A stretch of DNA of 64,000 nt from Naegleria gruberi. Its lineage: Eukaryota. The notes beneath the pieces are model-generated. The model did no database searches. It saw nothing but the letters and a program-made list of their open reading frames with translations, and had not been told where the DNA came from. The first letter of the stretch is position 1; every line of letters begins with the position of its first letter. Below are positions 23,497-34,455 of the stretch, in pieces. Position numbers and translations under genes: made by a program. The DNA lies in NCBI GenBank assembly GCA_000004985.1, contig GG738861.1, one strand, 5' to 3'.

Positions 23497-25245
23497 TTAT
23501 TGAGCAGGATCCATTTTGAGATGAAGATGATATAGTATATTGTTTCCTTTGTGGAGTTCTTTTTTTGTTGAATAATAAGTAAGGTTGTTAATTAATGTTG
23601 CTTCTTGAGCAAGAATGTTCATCAGGGATCGCTGATTGCTACTTGGGTTAAGTAGTTTTGATAGAATGGAATATGATGAAGAAACGAAACTGTTTGCTTC
23701 ATCAATAGCAATAATAAAAGCTTGTGTTTCTTTAGTTTCTTTAAGCCCAAAATAATAACGATTATCTTTTAACAAATCTCCTATTTGCATAATAAGGTAA
23801 CCAGTATAGTCTCTTAAAGATTTTGAGTTGCAGTATTCATACTTTAGTAATTCTTTAAAAACTAATACACTTGCCAACTTGTCATTTGCTTGCATGTATG
23901 CTAAGTAAGGATAAAGTCCACCAAAATCTTTAAAAACATCCCTATTATTTTTGGCATGTTGGATGACTTTTAAAACATAAATCAGTCTTGCAATAAATAC
24001 CATCTGCACTATTTGATGAACACTTGCATACAAATCAATAAGGGTCTTTGATATCAAAACAGAATATGCTTCTCTCATCAACTCGTCGGCTACTATTGTA
24101 TCAACAGGCTCGCTCTTTAATGTACAGCTTAAATATATACCTGATACTGTTGACATTAATCTATTAATTGTTCTTAAACATTATTAATAGCTTGTTAGTT
24201 AGAAAATAAAAAGTACTTACCTGGTCTTACCGATGCCTGATGATTCTATTTCAATTTTTTCAAGTAATTTTTGTGTTAAATTTAATGGTAATTCTATATT
24301 TTTCCAACCAGTCATTATTAATCTTGCTCTTTCATAAAATTCTTCAACACACTCATACACCATTTTCCTTGTTAAATCTTTTTCTGAAAAATTGTTAATT
24401 TCATTCAATAGTTTCTTTGATAATTCAAATACGATAGAGTCACCCAATAACATCCCATGAGGAATGGTAATAATGAATCTCTCTAAATAATCAGTTATCT
24501 TTTTGTTACATTCCATGTTGGCACCAACAATGCTGCCTTTTTCAATCTTTAAATTATCAATTTCAAACTTGGTCAAACCAACACCGCCTTCATTAACAGG
24601 TTTACTAAGTTGCTCTCTAATTTTTTCAACTTCCCACAAATGATAGAGTCTTGTTTTGTATAAATCATCAACCCAATTTACAACAATATCCAATGTATCC
24701 AACAAGTCAACTGTTAAAGTATGGCCCGAGTTTTGGTATTTTGATTTGAGTTTTTGATAGGCATAATCTGTTCCCTTTTGTAAACCAACAACAATACAGG
24801 CAAGAGATTTACCATTAAAACTAGCCTTATATAATAGCTCGACATTACGAACGGTCAAACCGGCTCCTCCATTCTTCTGGTCAGTGCAAAGTAAGGCGCA
24901 TACTTCTTCTTTAGACCATAAATCATATTCCATTGGGTTTAATTTTGCGTAGGGTGATTCGGAAGTAGTAGGTATGGAATTTTGTTTTTGGTTAGAAATG
25001 TTATTATTACCCGTTGGAGTAGTGGAATAGTTTTTGGTGGAGTTATTGAATTGTGCTGCAAAATTGTTCTTAACTAAATAATAACAACTATTACAATTGT
25101 TCTTGTTATTAACTACAGATCTCCTAGAGTGAATATTCAAGTTTCCGATGGAGTTGTTAAATTGTTGAGTTTGAATGGTAGTTGGTTTTAAGGTAATTCG
25201 TTTTGATATTTTGTTAAACCATTTATTTTTCGTGAGCGATTTCAT
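23497..25245 (-). CDS. Hypothetical protein, two exons (25245..24221 and 24172..23497), about 566 aa
   Basis: ORFs 24217..25245 and 23497..24156 join via GTAAGT donor at 24220, branch-like CTAACTAAC, and TTTAAG acceptor ending 24173 (48-nt phase-2 intron). An alternative AATAG acceptor 12 nt downstream is also in frame. Low-complexity N-rich N-terminus. No domain I recognise. Confidence 0.45.
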
Positions 25246-25654
25246 GATGTATTTTTTGTATTTTTTTTAATATGTTGTTTCTTCTCATACATTTAATAGA
25301 GCAAAATTAGAAAATTTGAAATTCTGGCTTCAGCTACATCAACAGAAAGCTGGGTTCTAAACTTGGATAAAAAATTACATGTTATTTGCACACTTAAAGA
25401 GCTAGACTTTATTAATTAGGAATTAAGAAACCTTCCAAGATTTATTGTAGAGTTTATGGAATTTTGACAACATAATTCTGGGGTTTTACTACAAGATTTG
25501 AATTATGTGACTATTTCTTACGAGTGTTTTGAGTCAAACGTACAAGTTGTTACAATAGTTTACCTTTAAATTTAGAACCTATTCATTCTATTTATTGAAG
25601 TAAAGGCAAATGAGCCATCAAATAATAGAATTCTTTTAAAACAAATTTAAAAAA

Positions 25655-26764
25655 ATGAAAAACAAACCTCAACAACAAAGAGGGCTCGGATTGGATGCAT
25701 ATAATTCCGATAATGAAGAAGGTGAATCCTCTTCATCATCTAATGCACCTTCGGAGGATTATAAATCAAAGAAAAAAGGAGTTGCCAATAAGAGGAGTCA
25801 AGAGGAAATTAAAAACAAAATTGTTACATTAACTAAAAAACGAAAACAAGACGTTGGAAGTAGCGAACAAAATTGTACAATTTCAAAAATTGATGATAGT
25901 TTCGATTCCTTCAAAACCTATATTTATTTACCTTGTAAATTTTTGGATGATTCCACGTCATTAATTGAGATGTTACTGAGGGATGTTCTTTATAGAGATC
26001 CGTATAATTTATTATTATTTTCACCTTGTACTACAGATCCGTTCTTTGTTGGACATCATGTGAGTCTTTCAAAGACATTTAATGTTAAAAAGAATTTAGC
26101 TTCTGAATTTAGACTCTCTTTGGGAGAGGTAATGCGAGTAAATACACGCCTTCCAATCAAGATTGCATTTAAAAGTATAAGCATGTATTTGGGATCCAAT
26201 GTAGCAGCAAAATCAGATATTACACCGACATATGCTATTTATTTAGCATTTGACTTGACAGATGAATACGAAGAAAGAATTGTATCTTCTCTTTCAAAAG
26301 CATTCTGTACCAAAGGTGATTATTTCGATAATGGAATGCATGCCTTAATTGACGAGGAAAGCTTATGGTTTTCCAAACTTCACGTATCGTTCGCATGTAG
26401 ATTATTCAAAGATAGGGAATCACAGGTTGAATATTACAAGGAATGCCTCACAAATATCAGCAAAATTGACTACCAGGATAATAGTGACTATCCAACATCT
26501 TTCAAAATTTGTTCCATTAACACAGCTGTACAACACATGGTTGGATCTGATCTTTCACAATCTAAAGAAAATAGAATAAGTGTCACAGATGCACGAAAGA
26601 AAATACTCTCCACAACACAAGTCGAAACAATTGAGATTGTAATGGGTTCCAAAACATTCAGCGTCGACATTCCTCATTTGGAAGAGCCTCAAATGATCAA
26701 AGAAACTTGGCAAATAACTTTGAGTATTAATAGGTCGGAAAGTGATTCAGATTCGGATGGTTAA
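25655..26764 (+). CDS. USB1: USB1/Mpn1-like 2H phosphoesterase (U6 snRNA phosphodiesterase-like), 369 aa
   Basis: Two H-x-S motifs about 110 aa apart (VGHHVSLSKTF and SKLHVSFACRLF), the signature of 2H phosphoesterases and of Usb1 in particular. Acidic Ser-rich N-terminus with a basic patch (KKRKQ). Confidence 0.5.
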   Translation: MKNKPQQQRGLGLDAYNSDNEEGESSSSSNAPSEDYKSKKKGVANKRSQEEIKNKIVTLTKKRKQDVGSSEQNCTISKIDDSFDSFKTYIYLPCKFLDDSTSLIEMLLRDVLYRDPYNLLLFSPCTTDPFFVGHHVSLSKTFNVKKNLASEFRLSLGEVMRVNTRLPIKIAFKSISMYLGSNVAAKSDITPTYAIYLAFDLTDEYEERIVSSLSKAFCTKGDYFDNGMHALIDEESLWFSKLHVSFACRLFKDRESQVEYYKECLTNISKIDYQDNSDYPTSFKICSINTAVQHMVGSDLSQSKENRISVTDARKKILSTTQVETIEIVMGSKTFSVDIPHLEEPQMIKETWQITLSINRSESDSDSDG

Positions 26765-27071
26765 TAAATACGTTTGTCTTCACATTGTTCGATTAATCCC
26801 CTTTTCAGAAGTAAGGATGAAATTCGAAAGGCTTTCTATATTCAGACGCAAGATATTTCAACTTGATATTCAACTTGTTTCTGCTCATTGATACTGTAGT
26901 TTTATTAATAGTCCAACACCTTGCCCAACATTGTTGAGAGGAAACCTGAATTGTTTAACAACTAATCTTGCATGTTTATTGTAAAGTCAATGCGCACGTA
27001 ATAATAGTTTAGCCGCCAGATTCTGAAATAAAAAGCCTACTGCCCTTTCTCCAATTCGATAATCAAAAAAA

Positions 27072-30000
27072 ATGGTCACACTAATTGTCAATCCTGCCAA
27101 TAGGGATTGGTTGCCACCTTCTATTGTTGGTGGGCTATCAACCTCGGAAGCAGAAATGTTTGTCGATAAAAATTCTTCATGTGGATGTTCCTGCTCCTCA
27201 TGTCAATGTACCTCCGTTATCAAGGGATATTTTGATGATAGTGAGGAGGTGAGTGCAAATGCAGTTGCATCATCACCAGGTTGTGGATGTTCTTCATCAT
27301 GTTGCGGAACTTTAAATTCTGTTAATGCTGATAATACTTCTTCTTCTGTTAGTGGTAGTAATAGTTGTAGTACTACTAATAGTAGTGGAGGTGGTGGTGG
27401 TTGCATTGCTAATTGTTTCATGAAGAGAATTAGACAAATTTATCACTTTGAAATTGTTTTGGTTCGTAGAAAGAATGAAAATATGAATGCTTTGGAAATT
27501 ATTGAAAGTTTAAAGGATCAAGCATTCATTTCCATTGCTGAAAATGAACAAGAATTGAAGGTCTATGTTTCTGGATATGTTTCCTTGTTTGAATTGATGA
27601 GAAATTTGTATGAAAATAACAAGAAACAATTTCGTATCAAGAGTGCAAGAACTATGAAAGTTCACCAAGTTAAATTTGATGATTCCTGTAAGATGAAATG
27701 TAGAGGATGCAGTTCTCGTGTTGAAAAGGCTTTTGCTGATATGGATGATATTGCTCATTTGTATTGTGATTTAGATGATCAAACTGTCATCTTCTTTTTC
27801 AATAAGGAGAATACTAGATCTTTGATTAATGATATTCTTACAAATGATTTGAAAAAGACTTTTAATATTTTGAATACTGATATTGAAATTCAAAATCATC
27901 CATCTCAAGATGACAATACTTCTCTCACTTTGAAAGTTGAAGGAATGAGATGTGGAGGTTGTAGCTCAAAGGTTAAAAAATTGTTAAAAGAGAGCTATGG
28001 TACTGAAAATGTTGATATTGATCTCAATTCTAAAAAGGTAATTGTTAGAGGTGTTGATGCCAAATTAGAATCAAAGATTATTGAAGATATTGAAATGTTG
28101 GGCTTTACTTGTTCCAGATTTTCTGAATACAAGGAACACAACATTACTGTTAATGGTATGAAATGTGGAGGATGTAAGAATAAGATTACCAAAGCTCTTG
28201 AATCTGATGAAAAGATTCACTTTGTGGATGTTAATTTGGAAAGCAAACTCGTTAGTGTTCAATGTGATTATGAGGAACCTGGTCCAATTATTCAAAAAAT
28301 TGAAGAGCTTGGTTTTACTTGTGAAGGAAAGGTAGAAATTTATTCTGTAAAGACTTCCAAATCTGTTCCAACTTCTTCCTACAGAAAGGAAGTTGAGGAG
28401 GATCGTTCCTTCTATCAACCATCACCAACAAGTGAAATGAATCAATACTCTGCTATTGATCTACACGAAGATGGTGATGAAGAAATTGAGATGCATGATG
28501 TGAGATTACTCTCCAATAAGGAGGGTGCCAATGTACCTCATGATGAATCAGCTGAACACTCATCTAATAAGAAGTGTGTTCTCTCCATTGACGGAATGAG
28601 TTGTGCCTCATGTGTTTCCAAGATTGAGAGAAATGTTAGAGAATTGAACGGTGTCAGCAAGTGCTCAGTCAATCTCATCATGCAAAAAGGTGAAATTTTA
28701 TATGATGAGTCTGTCATTTCAGAACGTGAGTTGATAAAGAAGGTCGAATCTCTTGGTTTTCAAGTTACCAGTCTAACTGATCAGCTCAATAATGAAAAGA
28801 ACAAGCTCATGGTTAGTATCGGCACATCAAGTAAGGAATCTTTTGTTGATTTCCTCACTGGTGTTAAAGGAGTTTTTGATATTGGACAAAGTGTTGAAGA
28901 TGGTAATCCTAACAATACCATTCTTACCATTCTATTCGATGATAAGACAACCAAATGCAGAACTATCTTTGACCAGCTTGTTCATAAAGCTGCAGAAGGT
29001 CAATTGGGTGAGGTCAAGATTGTTAAATCTTCCTTGATGAAGAACCAGATGGATACTCTCCAAAGAAAACATGAAATTAGAAAATGGGCTTTTTATTTTG
29101 GATTTTCTGCTCTATTGACCATTCCTGCAATGGTTCTCATGATGTTATTTGGTAATATTCATTACACCAAGATGGCACTCATGAATGAGGTCTTCCCTGG
29201 CTTATCTATCATGAGCTTGGTCATGTTTTTACTTGTTACTCCAGTTCAAATCATTGGTGGATATCCGTTCTATCTCCTCTCTTTGAAAGCATTGAAATCC
29301 TTCTCTTTGGATATGAATGTTCTCATTGCTATTGCTACTACTGAGGCTTATGGTTACTCTCTCTTTACCAATATTTACAATTTGAGTGTTGGAAAGATTA
29401 CAATTGAACATGATTACTTTGAGACAGCTGCTGCATTGATCATGTTCTTGTCACTTGGTAGATTGTTAGAAAGTGTTGCCAAGGGAAAGACCTCATCTGC
29501 CCTAGTTACTCTTTTGGATCTTCAACCAAGTGTTGCCATTCTCGTTGGTGAAAATAATACTGAGAGCGAAATTGATGTTGATCTAGTTCAAGAGGGTGAT
29601 ATTTTGAAAGTCATTCGTGCCTCAAAGGTTCCTGTCGATGGTGTTATTGTCTCTCTCGATGGTGATGCCCTCGTTGATGAACAAATGATTACTGGTGAAT
29701 CAATGCCAGTCACTAAGAAAGTTGGTTCTGAAGTTATTGGTGGCACTGTCAATGTTGGTGATACCTATTTCTTTATGAGAGCTACTCGTGTTGGCTCCGA
29801 TAGTACTCTCTCTGGAATAGCCAAACTTGTTGAACAAGCCCAAACTGACAAGCCACAAATTCAAGGATTGGCTGATAAGGTCTCTGCTTGGTTTGTTCCA
29901 CTTGTTATCATTCTCAGTCTTGTAGTATTTGCTGTTTGGGCCATTTTGGGAGCTTTTAACTTGTATCCAAAGGAGTGGAGAGCTGACGATATGAGCCCTT

Positions 30001-31139
30001 ACATTTTTGCACTCCTATTGAGTACATCGACTGTTATCATTTCTTGTCCGTGTGCTCTTGGATTGGCTGTTCCAACTGCAACAATGGTTGGTACTGGATT
30101 AGGTGCTAAACATGGTATTCTCATTAAGGGAGGAAGTCCAATTGAAATTGTCAAGAAGGCCACATGTGTAACCTTTGATAAGACTGGTACTTTAACAAAG
30201 GGAGAGTTGGTTGTTGATCAAATTGAAATGTTTGACACTGATGTTTCAGATGATGATATTTTCAGATGGACAGCAGTTGCCGAGTCAAGCAGTGAACACC
30301 CAATTGGTAAGGCCATTGTCAAGTATTGTAAGCAACATTCAAGTCATAGTGAGGATACATTTGTAAAGACATCTGGAACCATGTCTGAATTTAGTGCAGT
30401 TTCTGGAAGAGGTCTCACTTGCATTATTGAGGGAAAGAGAGTTGATATTGGAAATGAACAATTCATGTATGATCAACATGTGAACATGATGTCATTCAGC
30501 GATTCTAGTCGTTATCAAACTCTAGTATTTGTTTCAATTGACAAAAAGTTGAAGGCTCTTTTCAGTTTATCAGATGAAGTCAGAGAAGAATCCTATCAAG
30601 TTGTTAGTGAATTACAAAAGAAGGGTCTCAAAGTTTACATGCTCACCGGCGATAATCAATGTGTAGCCAATTTTGTTGGTGACAAATTGGGTATTCCACA
30701 AGAAAATATCTTTTCACAACTCACTCCAGTTGGAAAGACCAACAAGGTTAAGGAATTACAAGAATCCAAGGAAATTGTCATTATGATTGGAGATGGTATC
30801 AATGATTCACCATCTCTCATTCAGGCTGATGTTGGTATCTCAGTTGGTCAGGGAACAGATGTTGCCATTGAATGTGCTCAAATTATCTTGATGAAAAATG
30901 ATTTGAGAGCTCTCCTCTCCACCATTTCACTCTGCAGAAGTATCTATAATAGAATTGTTATGAATTTTGTTTGGGCATTTGGATATAATATTATTGCCAT
31001 TCCATTTGCTGCTGGTATTTTCTTCCCATTGATTCAAGTTATGATCCCACCTTGGGTTGCAGGTATTGCCATGGTTTCATCTTCTATTTGTGTATTGCTT
31101 TCTTCTCTTTCTTTGAGATTTCACAAGATGAAATATTAA
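27072..31139 (+). CDS. Copper-transporting P1B-type ATPase (ATP7/CCC2-like), single exon, 1355 aa
   Basis: Four HMA metal-binding repeats (MKCRGCSSRVEKAF, GMRCGGCSSKVKK, GMKCGGCKNKITK, GMSCASCVSKIERN). Membrane CPC motif ISCPCALGLAVPTA. Phosphorylation site DKTGTLTKG. ATP-binding GDGINDSP. TGES actuator motif (ITGESMPV). N-terminus carries extra Cys clusters (CGCSCSSCQCTSV, GCGCSSSCCG). Confidence 0.92.
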   Translation: MVTLIVNPANRDWLPPSIVGGLSTSEAEMFVDKNSSCGCSCSSCQCTSVIKGYFDDSEEVSANAVASSPGCGCSSSCCGTLNSVNADNTSSSVSGSNSCSTTNSSGGGGGCIANCFMKRIRQIYHFEIVLVRRKNENMNALEIIESLKDQAFISIAENEQELKVYVSGYVSLFELMRNLYENNKKQFRIKSARTMKVHQVKFDDSCKMKCRGCSSRVEKAFADMDDIAHLYCDLDDQTVIFFFNKENTRSLINDILTNDLKKTFNILNTDIEIQNHPSQDDNTSLTLKVEGMRCGGCSSKVKKLLKESYGTENVDIDLNSKKVIVRGVDAKLESKIIEDIEMLGFTCSRFSEYKEHNITVNGMKCGGCKNKITKALESDEKIHFVDVNLESKLVSVQCDYEEPGPIIQKIEELGFTCEGKVEIYSVKTSKSVPTSSYRKEVEEDRSFYQPSPTSEMNQYSAIDLHEDGDEEIEMHDVRLLSNKEGANVPHDESAEHSSNKKCVLSIDGMSCASCVSKIERNVRELNGVSKCSVNLIMQKGEILYDESVISERELIKKVESLGFQVTSLTDQLNNEKNKLMVSIGTSSKESFVDFLTGVKGVFDIGQSVEDGNPNNTILTILFDDKTTKCRTIFDQLVHKAAEGQLGEVKIVKSSLMKNQMDTLQRKHEIRKWAFYFGFSALLTIPAMVLMMLFGNIHYTKMALMNEVFPGLSIMSLVMFLLVTPVQIIGGYPFYLLSLKALKSFSLDMNVLIAIATTEAYGYSLFTNIYNLSVGKITIEHDYFETAAALIMFLSLGRLLESVAKGKTSSALVTLLDLQPSVAILVGENNTESEIDVDLVQEGDILKVIRASKVPVDGVIVSLDGDALVDEQMITGESMPVTKKVGSEVIGGTVNVGDTYFFMRATRVGSDSTLSGIAKLVEQAQTDKPQIQGLADKVSAWFVPLVIILSLVVFAVWAILGAFNLYPKEWRADDMSPYIFALLLSTSTVIISCPCALGLAVPTATMVGTGLGAKHGILIKGGSPIEIVKKATCVTFDKTGTLTKGELVVDQIEMFDTDVSDDDIFRWTAVAESSSEHPIGKAIVKYCKQHSSHSEDTFVKTSGTMSEFSAVSGRGLTCIIEGKRVDIGNEQFMYDQHVNMMSFSDSSRYQTLVFVSIDKKLKALFSLSDEVREESYQVVSELQKKGLKVYMLTGDNQCVANFVGDKLGIPQENIFSQLTPVGKTNKVKELQESKEIVIMIGDGINDSPSLIQADVGISVGQGTDVAIECAQIILMKNDLRALLSTISLCRSIYNRIVMNFVWAFGYNIIAIPFAAGIFFPLIQVMIPPWVAGIAMVSSSICVLLSSLSLRFHKMKY

Positions 31140-31235
31140 AATTGAAATATAAACTGACTTGTCTTTCATCTCAACTTTTTATGTTAATAATTTTAGTTAA
31201 GTTTGAAAGAAGCTATCTAATTAAGCAAGTAAACT

Positions 31236-31242
31236 AAAAAAA
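31236..31242 (-). terminator. Pol III terminator T-run (T7) 8 nt downstream of the tRNA-Lys 3' end
   Basis: Plus-strand AAAAAAA at 31236..31242 is a T7 run on the tRNA strand, immediately after GTTGCAA following the discriminator base. Confidence 0.7.
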
Positions 31243-31249
31243 TTGCAAC

Positions 31250-31322
31250 CGCCCCACGTGGGGCTCGAACCCACGACCGTTGGATTAAAAGTCCAACGCT
31301 CTACCGACTGAGCTAGCGGGGC
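31250..31322 (-). tRNA. tRNA-Lys (anticodon UUU), 73 nt, no intron
   Basis: Reverse complement of 31250..31322 is GCCCCGCTAGCTCAGTCGGTAGAGCGTTGGACTTTTAATCCAACGGTCGTGGGTTCGAGCCCCACGTGGGGCG. It folds as a cloverleaf: 7-bp acceptor stem with one G-U, D-arm GCTC/GAGC, anticodon stem TTGGA/TCCAA with loop CTTTTAA (anticodon TTT), T-arm GTGGG-TTCGAGC-CCCAC, discriminator G. Close to the canonical eukaryotic tRNA-Lys(UUU) as I recall it. Confidence 0.88.
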
Positions 31323-31507
31323 TGCTCTCTTGTGGTTAATTTTGTTTCAAAATAAATAAGTGTTAACATTGTAATAGATTTCTGCCCAATGTGGCATGTA
31401 TTTTTTATTAAGGATATTTTGCGTTGTCAACACGATGTGTTTGAGCGGCCTACCCAATTACCAGCAATTTCTGTCCAACTTTTCTCATCAACAATACAGA
31501 ATAAAAA

Positions 31508-32069
31508 ATGCTTAAGGGGACAGCATCTATTGAGGAGTTAGAATCGAGGCTTCCTCCAGAAACATTGAAGGTATATCGCGAAGCTTTCAGTGTCTATGAT
31601 ATAAACGGTGATGGAGTTATCGAAACTCATGAGTTGGTTCAAGTGATGAAGAATATTGGTGCTTCCATGACAGAGAACGATCTACATAATCTCCTTCAAG
31701 AAGCTGGAGTTGGTGATAATGTGGATTTTCATGCCTTTTTGCAAATCATGTTCTCTACATCTGGTGATGCAACCGATGATATTGAGCAAAGCATTAGAGC
31801 CTCATTCAGAGTTTTGGATGCCGACGGTGATGGCTTAATAGGAATTGAAGAGTGTAAGTTATATAACTACCAAAATTATTTTTAAGAATCTATTCATCCT
31901 CTTGCCAAATATTAATATTTCCAACTATTCTTACTCATTAGTAAAACTCATGCTTCAAAAACTAGGAGAAGAAATAAGCGACGCTCAATTGGAACAAGTG
32001 ATATCAATGGCAGATAAGGATAAGGACGGAAAGATCAATATTGATGACTTTATCAGGATTATGAAGTAA
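31508..32069 (+). CDS. Calmodulin-like four-EF-hand calcium-binding protein. Exons 31508..31853 and 31942..32069, about 157 aa
   Basis: EF-hand loops DINGDGVIETHE, DADGDGLIGIEE and DKDKDGKINIDD. GTAAGT donor at 31854 and CATTAG acceptor ending 31941 (88-nt phase-1 intron) remove the in-frame stop and give ...GIEELKLMLQKLGEEISDAQLEQVISMADKDKDGKINIDDFIRIMK. Confidence 0.7.
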
Positions 32070-32184
32070 ATTAAGTGAATGTCCCTATTGTATTATTAAA
32101 AAAATAAAAACAAATTTATGAGATTCTAAAGGATAGGAGCTGTGGGCTTCCTTATGTGTGCAATTTCACTCTTAACAACAAAAA

Positions 32185-32695
32185 ATGACGCAACAAACAC
32201 CTTCAAATAAAAACACTGGATCGGAACAACAACAGACAAAAAGCAAGACAAATAATAATGCTTCTCTTCATCAACATACAATGAATTTTCTATATCAGGC
32301 TTCTAATTTTATGGCACATAAAGGCTTGAATATTGGAGATCAATTTCCTTCGGGAACAAACACAGGAGATATTCAATTGAGTAAACACTATTCAAACAAT
32401 ATGAAGAGGATTGCAAAGAAGAATGTTTTGAGATTGTATGTAATAATATATTTATGTGGAATTTAAATTTTGAAATAATTGAATATTCAATTATTAAACA
32501 AATAGACATCCGAATGTAAAGAGAAGTTTGTGTAAAAAGTGTGGAATGATTTTTATACCTGGAAAGACTTGTACCATCACAGAAGTTGTCAATCCAGATA
32601 ACAATCAAATGTTTACGGAATATAAATGTAATTCATGCCAACACTCAAGAAGATATTTAATTTCTGCCATCAAGAATCAGGTCAATAAGAAGTAA
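32185..32695 (+). CDS. RPP21: RNase P/MRP protein subunit Rpp21/Rpr2-like. Exons 32185..32435 and 32506..32695, about 146 aa
   Basis: Exon 1 MNFLYQASNFMAH...MKRIAKKNVLRL and exon 2 HPNVKRSLCKKCGMIFIPGKTCTITEV...YKCNSCQHSRRYLI give the Rpr2 pattern: conserved N-terminal helix plus a C-x2-C...C-x2-C zinc ribbon. GTATGT donor at 32436, CAAATAG acceptor ending 32505, 70-nt phase-2 intron. Confidence 0.55.
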
Positions 32696-32994
32696 AAAAT
32701 ATTCATGACATTAGGAGAAACTGGAGATGTGACAATTCTAGAGAATGTAATTTGAATAATTGGGGTCGATTGATTATCAAACTGAAATGATTTCTAAAAA
32801 CAATGATTTTAATGTCTTAATAAAATGAGTTGACTATTTGAGAAGTACATTGTCATGAATGGAAACGATATGATTGTTCCAATAATCCAACAATAAAATG
32901 TTTCTCAATTTTGGACAACAAGCATCCAAATATAATTGGTACTAGAATTACAACATTAGAGTGTTCAACCGTTATATAAAATTTTGAAACCCCA

Positions 32995-33009
32995 AAATGG
33001 CGCCTTTTC
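32995..33009. promoter_or_regulatory. E2F-like element AAAATGGCGCCTTTT, 43 nt upstream of the SPEF1 ATG
   Basis: GGCGCC core with symmetric A/T flanks. Confidence 0.4.
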
Positions 33010-33041
33010 GTTACAGTTTTTTAATCTTTTTATTTTAAAAA

Positions 33042-34107
33042 ATGCAACGATTTCAAAGGGACGGTCCCCCTCAATCACCACCAGCTTCATCGCGAGGAAG
33101 GGATGCCCAACAACAGCAACAACAACAACACGATACCAGCATGGAGTCTCCGTTCGATGAAGAAGAATTACAATTATTGTATTCATGGGTCGATGAAATA
33201 CCCTTATCAAGGCCAAAAAAGAATATTGCCAGAGATTTTAGTGATGGTGTAATGATGGCCGAAGTGGTCAAACATTTCTTCCCTAAACTTGTCGATCTTC
33301 ATAATTATAGCTCTACTTCAAGTTCCAAACAAAAAATCTACAATTGGAACACCCTAGATCGTAAGTACTATCCTCAATATTTAATGGCATATACATTAAT
33401 ACCTGTTTTCAGAAAAGGTTTTTCAGAAAATTGGATTTTCTGTTGACCCAAAGGAAATTGATGACATGGTCAAGTGTAAGCCTTTTGCAGCAGAAAGAAT
33501 GCTCAAAACCTTTCAAATCAAAGTAACTCAGATACAACAACGAAAAGCTACTCAACAAGTAACCCAACCAACAAAGCCAGCAACAAGCAATACATCAAAA
33601 GACTCTATTCCATCATCTTCAGCCTCAAGTAGAGTAATAACCAAGAGACCTGCATCTGCCTCTTCTGTAAGAACTAGGGAACAATCAAGACCTTCATCAG
33701 CTCATATCAATCGTGGTGGAGAACAAAAAGTGGAGAGACCAACATTAGTGGAGAGAAAAAACTTGGTCGAAAGGAATGAAAGGAAAAGTGACATGCATTT
33801 GGAGAGAGTGGAAAGAGACTTTGATGAAGATATGGATGCAGTCTCTCATCACAGTAGTAGGGCAAGAAATAGAGATCATTTCCTGGAACAACAACCACCA
33901 ATCGATGATGAAACTTTGTACAATAACAAACAACACATGAATATGCCTGTCTTTGAAGAATCGGAATTGATAAAGGAAAAAGATGCTAAAATTCATGAAT
34001 TAGAGGAGACAGTCAAACTGTTAGAATCAAAGATTAACAAATTACAATTATTAATTCGTTTGAAAGATTCCAAAATTCAAGCTCTCAGCAATAAAATCAA
34101 AACCTAG
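33042..34107 (+). CDS. SPEF1: SPEF1/CLAMP-type calponin-homology (DUF1042) microtubule-binding flagellar protein. Exons 33042..33360 and 33413..34107, about 337 aa
   Basis: EEELQLLYSWVDEIPLSRPKKNIARDFSDGVMMAEVVKHFFPKLVDLHNYSSTSSSKQKIYNWNTLD|QKVFQKIGFSVDPKEIDDMVKCKPFAAERMLKTFQIKV is colinear with human SPEF1 (LHQLYLWVDNIPLSRPKRNLSRDFSDGVLVAEVIKFYFPKMVEMHNYVP...NWGHLNRKVLKRLNFSVPDDVMRKIAQCAPGVVELVL). GTAAGT at 33361, TTTTCAG acceptor ending 33412, 52-nt phase-1 intron. C-terminal coiled-coil tail. Confidence 0.75.
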
Positions 34108-34455
34108 GACAGAACATTGCAATAAAAAAATGCTTACTTCACTACACAAGTTAAAATTCGGCTGTCCATCCATTCTCAACAAGACATCAAGTGGTAATTG
34201 TTGGATAACTTCAACAACGAATAGCAATAGGTAAGGAAAATTAGATAAATCTAGAAGTGTTGACTGCAATTACAATTAAATTGTGTGGATTCTTTTTCGT
34301 TGGTTTCGTTGCTATTGTTTGTCGTTTTCCGAAATGAATTGAAATCATCTTGAAAAAAATAACCTCAACACAACAGACGACAACATCTTGTTGGATTTTT
34401 AAAGACTTTTACATCAACAACAAATCGTTCTTTTTCACAACAAACAATTAAAACA

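Noticed and set aside
24221-24236. Plus-strand ACTTACCTGG resembling the 5' end of U1 snRNA
   Set aside because: It is simply the reverse complement of the CCAG|GTAAGT donor site of the minus-strand gene's intron. No Sm site or U1 stem-loops follow.
27203-27421. Antisense ORF with a proline run (MKQLAMQPPPPPLLLVV…) inside the copper ATPase, along with dozens of other 60-130 aa antisense or out-of-frame ORFs (e.g. 1688..1870, 2510..2731, 10676..10915, 35721..36623, 47748..48062, 53639..53944)
   Set aside because: Each is fully contained in a longer, homology-supported gene on the other strand or frame and has low-complexity composition typical of shadow ORFs.
31140-31250. Looked for additional tRNA genes or a tRNA cluster around the tRNA-Lys, and for a tRNA intron
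   Set aside because: Only one cloverleaf is present. The anticodon loop is the canonical 7 nt with no insertion. Flanks are A/T-rich with a T7 terminator only.
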